Shown in pieces: positions 16,491 to 23,743 of a stretch of 64,000 nt of DNA. How positions within the stretch are numbered: the first letter of the stretch is position 1; each line of letters opens with the position of its first letter. Origin of the DNA: Paludibacteraceae bacterium (GTDB lineage Bacteria; Bacteroidota; Bacteroidia; Bacteroidales; Paludibacteraceae); assembly GCA_905235225.1 (NCBI GenBank), contig CAJOKE010000014.1, positions 4,175-68,174 on the forward strand, written 5' to 3'. The notes under the pieces are model-generated. The model did not search any database, had not been told where the DNA came from, and was given only the letters and a program-made list of their open reading frames with translations. A program made the translations under genes and the position numbers.

Positions 16491-17753
16491 ATGAATAAGT
16501 TGATAAACGACATACAATCCTTTGTGAATCAGGTTGTATTTTTTGTGATTTATGCCGGTGTGTTCTCATTCATTATGTTCGGTTGCCAACCTAAAGAAAT
16601 CACTGACGCCGTAGAGGTTGTATTGTTTCTGCAAATTCCCGATATTGAAGGTTCAGCCGTACCTATTGTACAAGATTGCGAGTTAATTGCCAAAGACTTG
16701 AATATGGGCGGTATTACGAAGTGTGCCATTCCCAATATAAAAGACACTATTCGCATCTCTTTATCACGCGGATACTATGATTTTGAGTTAAAAGGTATTG
16801 TGTTGATCGGCAGCGAACAAATGCAATTGCGCGGCTACCTCAAATCGTTCACAGTAACAGCCCCAATGCGTGACACGATAGCATGTACCATTAGCAACAA
16901 TCATGCCGGATGGGTGATAGCGGAGATATTCTTTGCCGGCACACAAACACCCCAAGGCAAGAATTATATCGGTGACAAGTACATAGTGCTGTACAATAAT
17001 TCTCCAGACACCCTCTATTCAGACGGATTAGTATTAGTGGAGTCCAAGTTGAAAAACACCAGCGAGTACACTCTGACCCCTGATTTTAGGAGTTCCGCCA
17101 TCGGTGCAGACGCCCTATATCGTATTCCGGCGGGCAGCAATAAGTATCCTGTAGCACCGGGCGGACGGATATTGTTAGTGGACAATGCCATGGACCACAC
17201 CAAAGCCAATAGCAATTCTTACGATCTCAGTCATGCCGATTGGGAATGGTATGACCAGTCCACAAATCCCAATGTGACAGATGTGGATAATCCGGATGTA
17301 CCAAATTTAGAGAAGATATATTGCTATACCCTGACCATATGGGGTCCTAACAACCAAGGCAATACATCCTTTGCCATCGGCCGTATGCCGGACACACTGA
17401 CAGTGGAACAATACTTGACACAGTACCGCTTGGATTATGATTATATCAATGTGACAATAGCGGGAACATTCAACATGAGTGCCACCACCTATCTATTCCC
17501 GAATGAATGGGTGATTGATGCCGTTAATCTATGTCCTTCCGACACATATGAATGGCTTGTTACAGATTTGTCATTGGATGCAGGCTATACCTATGTAGCA
17601 GCAACTGGCAGTGACAAGACCCGTTTCGGCAAAAGTGTCCGCCGTAAGACGAGTGCCACAATCAATCATCTTAAAGTACTGCAAGACAGTAATAACTCTA
17701 CTGATGATTTTCAGACGGCACAGCAGGCTGATCCATATTATTTTGATGATTGA
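16491..17753 (+). CDS. Surface lipoprotein of unknown function (DUF4876-like, tentative)
   Basis: Lipobox ...FSFIMFGC|QPKE. 420 aa and beta-rich. The family name is from recollection of similar Bacteroides loci only. Confidence 0.45.
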   Translation: MNKLINDIQSFVNQVVFFVIYAGVFSFIMFGCQPKEITDAVEVVLFLQIPDIEGSAVPIVQDCELIAKDLNMGGITKCAIPNIKDTIRISLSRGYYDFELKGIVLIGSEQMQLRGYLKSFTVTAPMRDTIACTISNNHAGWVIAEIFFAGTQTPQGKNYIGDKYIVLYNNSPDTLYSDGLVLVESKLKNTSEYTLTPDFRSSAIGADALYRIPAGSNKYPVAPGGRILLVDNAMDHTKANSNSYDLSHADWEWYDQSTNPNVTDVDNPDVPNLEKIYCYTLTIWGPNNQGNTSFAIGRMPDTLTVEQYLTQYRLDYDYINVTIAGTFNMSATTYLFPNEWVIDAVNLCPSDTYEWLVTDLSLDAGYTYVAATGSDKTRFGKSVRRKTSATINHLKVLQDSNNSTDDFQTAQQADPYYFDD

Positions 17754-19030
17754 TGTTTAGTCTTTTATTCATATTAACCTCCCTTTTAACCGACACTGCG
17801 TCAACCGAAGTGAGTGTTCAAGGCACATTCGGTCAATCCACCATGGCAATTACTGGCATTCAGAACGGCGGTTTTGCGATAGATGCCCATGCTGTATATG
17901 ACTTTAGTAACCAATCTGCAACAGGCACCAATCCCCGGCACCGCGTATTCGGTGAAGCATCATACACATGCAATGAAAGCAAAGGCAACCAATGGGTGGA
18001 GAACAGCGATTATGAGCGGTTATACCCCATGCTGACATGCGACACCGTTGGCGGAGACATGCACACAGAAGATTACCATTTCCGCGGAGGCTACCGAATG
18101 ATCAAACCGATTGCCGGCAATCACGCGGACGCATTCATTTGGCATGTCGGATTAGCCTACTCCGCCCGTCAATCCTATCGCACAGTGGATCCGCGTCCGA
18201 GAAACAAAGTTGCCAATCTGCAAGCCGATGTGTCAGTTGGATTTGCCGCCAAAGGACACGCATTCTCATGGTTGCTACATGCCGGGCGGTACAAACAGAA
18301 TAACGATGTCAAGTTCTATTCGGAATTAGGAGAGGCGATGGTATATCACCTCATTACAACCGACAGCGAATATGCCCGTTTCAACAGTTTCAAATCCGCC
18401 TATTATCACGGATACGATGTAGGAATCGGATTCATGGTCCAGCCTGAACTAAGGGGTTTTATAGCGGGAATCAACTATGATTACAGTGCTATTACCAAGG
18501 AGCTGAGCAGCAGTACGGCTATACCTATTTCCACATTACGCACCCACAATACAAGTGCCATATTCGGTTATCACACCCCGGTATGGCATGTGGCAGCAGA
18601 AGCAATATTGCAATACCGCGGTGTGTGGCAATCTGTTTACGGGAATGCCGCCAATAACACTTATACGTTATTGGTCAAGGAGCAACGCTATGCCGAGCAA
18701 TGGTATCGTGTAGCAGTATCCGGCGGTTATACACTGGGACTTCCAGTCGGGAAAATGACCTTTGCCGCAGACGCCTCTTATCAGGCAACCCATATCCGGC
18801 AACAATCCGGCTCAGCCCGATTCACGGCATTGAGTGAGGAATTGTTATCCCCACAAATAGGGATAGACGCTTCAGTCCGCTATGCTTTTCCGCTCCTGAA
18901 AAAAGAGAACAGCAAGCCACGCAAACTAAATTTGCAATTCTTTATCAAACCGGCAGCAGCCTATAGTCTGTACAACAAAACAACCCACCAGAGATGGCAG
19001 GTTGTTCTACATGCAGGCATTTGTTTCTAA
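17750..19030 (+). CDS. Outer-membrane beta-barrel protein of unknown function (DUF6850-like, tentative)
   Basis: 4-nt overlap with the preceding gene. Alternating beta-strand pattern with frequent aromatic and Gly residues. C-terminal ...VVLHAGICF with a terminal Phe. Confidence 0.45.
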   Translation: MMFSLLFILTSLLTDTASTEVSVQGTFGQSTMAITGIQNGGFAIDAHAVYDFSNQSATGTNPRHRVFGEASYTCNESKGNQWVENSDYERLYPMLTCDTVGGDMHTEDYHFRGGYRMIKPIAGNHADAFIWHVGLAYSARQSYRTVDPRPRNKVANLQADVSVGFAAKGHAFSWLLHAGRYKQNNDVKFYSELGEAMVYHLITTDSEYARFNSFKSAYYHGYDVGIGFMVQPELRGFIAGINYDYSAITKELSSSTAIPISTLRTHNTSAIFGYHTPVWHVAAEAILQYRGVWQSVYGNAANNTYTLLVKEQRYAEQWYRVAVSGGYTLGLPVGKMTFAADASYQATHIRQQSGSARFTALSEELLSPQIGIDASVRYAFPLLKKENSKPRKLNLQFFIKPAAAYSLYNKTTHQRWQVVLHAGICF

Positions 19031-19042
19031 GCGTAGCCGGGA

Positions 19043-19579
19043 TTACAAGAAAATGAAGATTAATGGTATGATTATTCCGATAAGGAACTCAATACCGCCT
19101 ATTCCCCACAAGCCGTGTTTGCCTTTTATCATCAGTAATCCGGAAATGACAATGATTACCAAAGCACCGGCAAAGATGTCAGAGAACCATGTCCATGCCT
19201 TCCCCGGATTATAATGCAGTTTACTGAGGCTTCCTAAAACAGGGCGTTTTTTCACCTGCTCCAAGACCCCGATATGCGTATTCAAGTCCACTGTTAGTGA
19301 ACTATTCCCCTTGAGAAAGACCTTGAGGGTCATGCTATCAGGATAGTAATGCTGGATTTGTTTGCCAGACATGCCACAGATGGCAAGCCAGTTATCAATA
19401 GAGCCATCAGCGGGCAAAGAATGCTCGGTACGAGAAATTGCATACTGGCTGTTAAACGTTGCCTTGTGATTGAGGGCAATACCGCTAATGGCGTAAACGA
19501 GCAAAGCCCCCGCAAACACATATCCGAGTTCACGGTGGATAAGCCTCATCCATTTTCTAAACTGCGCTCCGCGTTCCAT
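19043..19579 (-). CDS. PepSY-associated TM-helix protein
   Basis: RKWMRLIHRELGYVFAGALLVYAISGIALNH N-terminal motif and a second TM pair at the C-terminus. 178 aa. Confidence 0.7.
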   Translation of the reverse strand: MERGAQFRKWMRLIHRELGYVFAGALLVYAISGIALNHKATFNSQYAISRTEHSLPADGSIDNWLAICGMSGKQIQHYYPDSMTLKVFLKGNSSLTVDLNTHIGVLEQVKKRPVLGSLSKLHYNPGKAWTWFSDIFAGALVIIVISGLLMIKGKHGLWGIGGIEFLIGIIIPLIFIFL

Positions 19580-20019
19580 CAGTCTGTAATAATTTCATAA
19601 CTGACCGCCTCGGCGAAATATTTGCGAATAGCCTTTTTCTCTGTTTCGCAACCATTATCGTTTTCGCCATGCTTGAGCCCGTCCGAAACAGTATTTTCTT
19701 CGGGAGCGAGTTCGACCGCATGAAGGATACCTTTTACACGCACGAGATTATTGATACACTCCGGTGCGAAGTTCCCCATTTTAGCCCCTTCTACACGCAG
19801 GATGCGGCTTTCGTCACTTCCCATGAGGAATGCTTTTCTGCCTCCATGTTTGCAAAGGTGGCTGCAAATGCCTTGAAAGCAAATGGTATCTCCGATTAGA
19901 GAGTCGGCTTGTGCATAGACTTCATCAATCGAGTAAATGACTTGCGCTTGCTGCGCTTGTTTTTGGCATGCAGTGAAAGCAACGAGTGCTACTGCAATGA
20001 TAAGAAACAGCTTTTTCAT
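19579..20019 (-). CDS. Small Cys-containing lipoprotein (possibly DUF4920-like)
   Basis: Lipobox ALVAFTAC. CFQGICSHLCKHGG cluster and two further Cys. Start and stop overlap both neighbours. Confidence 0.45.
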   Translation of the reverse strand: MKKLFLIIAVALVAFTACQKQAQQAQVIYSIDEVYAQADSLIGDTICFQGICSHLCKHGGRKAFLMGSDESRILRVEGAKMGNFAPECINNLVRVKGILHAVELAPEENTVSDGLKHGENDNGCETEKKAIRKYFAEAVSYEIITD

Positions 20020-21599
20020 TGTCTTTGTCCTAAAATTGAATATTCAATATTATCACGAATAATTACTATTTGTCCATGACGCAACGTTTTATGAGCAGAT
20101 TGCGGATTGGACACATTATCAATGCCCTCATCAGGATCTGAATCAGGGTCTGGATCAGGGTCAGGGGTTAGCGTATCAAAAACCTTAACGCTTGCCACGA
20201 AGCCCGAAATAGCAGGAGTAGTGAGAGTCTGGTTGGGGTCAGCCACAAAAGAGAGTGTAGCCCCTTTGCCCGTATTGATATTGAATACGACATTATCGCC
20301 AACGAGAATTGCGTCTTTGGACACTTCCATCGCCTGCGTATTAAGCAGACCTATTTCTTTCAAGGGTTCCAAGTCGGCGTTAAACACTTCGAGGCGAATA
20401 CGGTTACCTTGTTGAGAACCCCAATCATATTCATAGAGATAGATTGAATCCTCGCGGGCAAAGATAGCAGAAGCACCGCCGATACCAGTACTTTGATGAA
20501 CATATCCAGCCACAGGAGCCATGTTTTCCAAATCATATTTGAGGACAAAAGGCACGAGCTTGCCGGATGTCTGATGGAGGGTGTCCTTTCCAATCATCAA
20601 TCCGCCATTCAGTCCGCCAACGATATAGGCAAATTTGTCCTCATCATCCACATAGAGTGCTTTGACCTGAATATTGTTTTTGTCATTATCTCTTGCTCCC
20701 CAAACAGTACCGATTTTGTGGATGTCGAATGACAGCGGCCAGCGGTAGATGTAGATATTTTGCAGATCCAAGGCATTGGCAGTAGTGGTGACATACAAGG
20801 CATTGTTTTTGCAGATGAGTTGTCCTGAGCGTGAATTCATAGGCAATCCGATGGTATGCACTTCGCGTAAGAAATGTCCGTCAATGTCAAAAGCCATGAC
20901 GAGCATAGACCCACCCTGTTCGGGCGTAATGGTTGTATCGTCCACTTTGATTTGCGCCGTATCATTAAGGAGGATGTAGTAAAACATCCCGTCGGTAGCC
21001 CAGTTGATTGCGCCAAAGGCGTTCTTGTTGGTGCCGGTATTGCTTATTTCGGCAGTAACAGATGCCTGACCGTCTTTAGTGACACGAACGACAAAGCCGT
21101 ACTGGATAGTATTTTCGCCATCATATGTGCGTTTGGCGGAACACAGTTCTTTATCCTTATTTTTCAAACGGAGTACATAGTCATCGCCCAAGGCATTTTT
21201 CTGGGTATGAGTCATCGTGGCAAAAACGAGCGCACCGCCGTCAGATGTCGGAACAGCAATAGCTTCGCCTGTCCCCCTATCGCTATTAATCATCCAAAGG
21301 ACTTCTCCATCGGGTTTGACTTTAGTGACAAGGATGTTGTTGTTTGTCTGCGACATTGTAGTAGTGAAAGGTGCCCCCACGACTTGTTGCCCGAGGAAAG
21401 TTGCAGGTTCGGGTTGCTCGGTACACGTGGCAAAACGCCCTGCAATCAGGACGGAACTATCGGCATACGCCATGACACTTGTGACAGACGAGGCACCGAA
21501 TTCCGTATTATTATTGATGGCAGAGAACCAGTTAACACCGTTCTCTGCCATAACGCTTGTAGCTAAAGCAAGAGCTACAACCAGGCTTACATGTTTCAT
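20016..21599 (-). CDS. Secreted repeat protein (beta-propeller-like), paralogue B, with (PD)n linker and a short conserved C-terminal tag
   Basis: Signal peptide MKHVSLVVALALATSVMA. Clear N-terminal similarity to the product of 22728-23165 (NWFSAI..., VGAPFT..., SDGGALVFAT). Ends ...PDPDPDPDSDPDEGIDNV...TLRHGQIVIIRDNIEYSILGQRQ. Confidence 0.6.
   Translation of the reverse strand: MKHVSLVVALALATSVMAENGVNWFSAINNNTEFGASSVTSVMAYADSSVLIAGRFATCTEQPEPATFLGQQVVGAPFTTTMSQTNNNILVTKVKPDGEVLWMINSDRGTGEAIAVPTSDGGALVFATMTHTQKNALGDDYVLRLKNKDKELCSAKRTYDGENTIQYGFVVRVTKDGQASVTAEISNTGTNKNAFGAINWATDGMFYYILLNDTAQIKVDDTTITPEQGGSMLVMAFDIDGHFLREVHTIGLPMNSRSGQLICKNNALYVTTTANALDLQNIYIYRWPLSFDIHKIGTVWGARDNDKNNIQVKALYVDDEDKFAYIVGGLNGGLMIGKDTLHQTSGKLVPFVLKYDLENMAPVAGYVHQSTGIGGASAIFAREDSIYLYEYDWGSQQGNRIRLEVFNADLEPLKEIGLLNTQAMEVSKDAILVGDNVVFNINTGKGATLSFVADPNQTLTTPAISGFVASVKVFDTLTPDPDPDPDSDPDEGIDNVSNPQSAHKTLRHGQIVIIRDNIEYSILGQRQ
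20130..20165 (-). repeat. Hexanucleotide-period repeat encoding PDPDPDPDSDPD
   Basis: Plus-strand ggatctgaatcagggtctggatcagggtcagggg. It lies between the body and the C-terminal tag of paralogue B. Confidence 0.7.
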
Positions 21600-23159
21600 T
21601 ACTCTACCCTTGCTCCAAGCGTGTTAAACAATTTACCATCTCGCAAAATAAGTACTTGTCCGTTGCGGATAACCTTAACGGCTTTCGTATCCGCAGGTGC
21701 GATAGTCTCAAGGTCAGTCGGTTTCGGCTCCGTCAAGGTGATGCTTGCCAAGATACGGGACATTGTAGATGTCGTTACGTTTTTGGTATTATCAGCCGTA
21801 AACTGTAGTGTTTTACCCTTTGCGGTATTGGCAGCAAGCACGATGTTACCATCAGCCTCAACCGCATTCCAAGTTCCTTCAGTTCCTGTTGTAACAAACA
21901 AGCCAACGGTGTCAAGCGGTTGTAATTCATCAGACAAACGCACGAGATATATTCCGTTACCGTCTTTTTTACTCATGTCATAGCCATAAGCATACAGATT
22001 ATTCTGATATCTAAACAAGTCTGAGAACTGGCTTATGCCTTCGCCGTGCATGTACACGCGATTTTCATCAGGTGTTGAGAAGCTGACTTTCAACACGACA
22101 GCACGAAGTTGACCAGATTCATTTTTCAGTGTGTCATTGCCATTAAGAGCAAGACCGCCATTTACTGCGCCTGCCAAATACATGCTTTTTCCATCGGGAG
22201 CAGGGAGAACCTTCTTCAGTTGAAGTTGGTTCTTATTGTTAAGCTTCACCCCTTTAATTGTGTCTTCACGAGCATTAACAAACCCTTCATTATAGGTTTT
22301 GAGGACATAACTTTGGCTTCCGTCTATTGTAGCCATGGCACCTACATAAGTAGTTCCGCCATAGTACATAGCACTATTTGCATTACTCGGGATGTCGGTT
22401 ACCAAATGCTGAACCAAACTGCCAGCAGAGTTAAATTGCAACACGACCAAACTGCCACCGGCAGCCGGAGTAATGGTTGTTTCGCCAAACTTCACCTCTT
22501 TTTTAACCTGCAAGAGCAAGTTATAATAACTTCCCGCTTCACCGCTCCAATTCACGGCAGTAAAATCATTCGATGCATCTTGGTTCAAAAGTTCACCTAC
22601 AACGGTAGCACTTTTGCCATCGGCAGCGACTTTGACGAGTTCGCCGTATTGGAAGAGTTTTGCTTTGTAATCATGAATGGCGCAGGTGATGCTGTCAGTA
22701 CCATTATAGAACTGCAGGCATTTGTTATCACCCTGCATTTTCATCGGTATGGGAAACGGTCGCGAATACCAATGCGCCACCATCAGAAGTAGCAATAGCT
22801 AAAGCACTGCCATTACCACGGTTACTATGTATCAACCACTGAACTTCTCCGGCTTTACTAATTTTGGCAACAATAATGTTATTGTTGGAATTCGACTGAT
22901 TAACCGTAAAAGGCGCACCTACAAAAGATTGATTCATAAAAGAAGCCGTAGCCGGAGTTAACTGACAGCTGGCAAAAGAACCGGCAACAAGAACGCTGCC
23001 ATCTTCGTAAGCAGAAATACTGTGAAGATTGTTACTACCAACTGCCGTTGTTCCATTTGTAGTTGCATTCGACTCGATAGCCGAGAACCAGTTAATGCTC
23101 TTTTGAGCCATGAGCGTTGCGCTAAGCGTCAGCGCAGCAAAAAGGAAAATTTTCTTCAT
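21599..23159 (-). pseudogene. Paralogue A of the secreted repeat protein, split by a single +1 frame change near 22730-22795
   Basis: ORFs 22728-23165 (signal peptide plus 140 aa, ends ...SDGGALVFATVSHTDENAG*) and 21599-22795 (continues ...GDNKCLQFYNG...) together align along paralogue B. The real ATG is at 23157-23159 (MKKIFLFAALTLSATLMA). The cause could be a true pseudogene, an assembly error or recoding. Confidence 0.6.
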
Positions 23160-23209
23160 ACGCAATAATTTTATGATTGTTTTGAAATGTTATATCGTCA
23201 AAAACGCTG

Positions 23210-23217
23210 CAAAGGTA
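23210..23217 (-). promoter_or_regulatory. -7 promoter box (TACCTTTG) for the paralogue operon
   Basis: Plus-strand ctgCAAAGGTActgc, about 50 nt upstream of the ATG at 23159. Confidence 0.55.
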
Positions 23218-23318
23218 CTGCTTTTTTTCGGGATACACAATACCAAAAAATGGGGATTTTGCATTTTTTATGTTTTTTCCCGGGTATATGTTCTATATTA
23301 TTGATGACGGCAACATTT

Positions 23319-23380
23319 CTGAAATATCCTAATAATATCCTAATAATAACCTAATAACAGCCTAATAAAATCCTAATATG
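23319..23380 (+). repeat. 62-bp module made of five 11-bp CCTAATA units (copy 1 of 2)
   Basis: ctgaaatatCCTAATAatatCCTAATAataaCCTAATAacagCCTAATAaaatCCTAATAtg. CCT recurs at offsets 10, 21, 32, 43 and 54. It is 61/62 identical to 37667-37728. Confidence 0.9.
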
Positions 23381-23498
23381 GAGAGGGAAGATTGGGAAAA
23401 GCGGAGAAAGCGAAAGGAGCGGAAAAGAGGCAAGATAGAAGCAAGGATGAGGAGGAAAAGAAGCGGGAAAAAGGTAGGATAGAAGCAAGGAAGAGGAT

Positions 23499-23560
23499 GG
23501 AAATAGCAGGGAAATAGTCGGAAAATAGCCGGTAAAAAGTCGAAAAAAAGTCGAAAAAAG
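23499..23560 (+). repeat. 11-bp periodic purine-rich array (AAATAGnnGGn / AAAAAGTCGAA units)
   Basis: AAATAG at 23501, 23512 and 23523. AGTCG at 23516, 23538 and 23549. It sits within a purine-biased tract of about 185 nt (23381-23566). Confidence 0.8.
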
Positions 23561-23614
23561 GGGCGGTTTGGTTGAAAAGTACCATAATAATTTGCGTATG
23601 TGCATTTTTTGTAG

Positions 23615-23622
23615 TACATTTG
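23615..23622 (+). promoter_or_regulatory. -7 promoter box (TACATTTG) for the lptD-like gene
   Basis: gtagTACATTTGcggg. It lies inside the tracked ORF, which argues that the first 43 codons of that ORF are not coding. Confidence 0.5.
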
Positions 23623-23689
23623 CGGGCTTAATTTGCGTAAGTGTGCGCTTATCGGAACGGAACATATTATTAAGAACGCGAAGAGCGAA

Positions 23690-23743
23690 AAGCGGAGTGG
23701 CGTGGCGGAGAGCGGAAAGCGGTGCAGCGTGGCGGAGAGCAGT
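23690..23743 (+). repeat. Tandem 27-bp duplication in the 5' end of the lptD-like gene
   Basis: AAGCGGAGTGGCGTGGCGGAGAGCGGA / AAGCGGTGCAGCGTGGCGGAGAGCAGT, encoding (K)SGVAWRRAE-SGAAWRRA. Confidence 0.8.

Noticed and set aside
20016-20090. The short C-terminal tag interpreted as a canonical T9SS C-terminal domain
   Set aside because: It is only about 25 aa and lacks the extended multi-strand pattern seen in the PorU CTD in this same window. I kept it as an open finding rather than calling it a T9SS signal.
20874-22792. Plus-strand ORFs of 230, 136 and 227 aa (20874-21566, 21217-21627, 22109-22792)
   Set aside because: They are antisense to the two secreted paralogues, whose mutual similarity supports the minus-strand frames.
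23351-23665. Three overlapping minus-strand ORFs (70-104 aa) here, and 37699-37983 at the second locus
   Set aside because: They are translations of the CCTAATA, purine-tract and 27-nt repeats, giving Phe/Leu/Ser/Pro low-complexity products. They also span promoter boxes. These regions are better explained as non-coding repeats.
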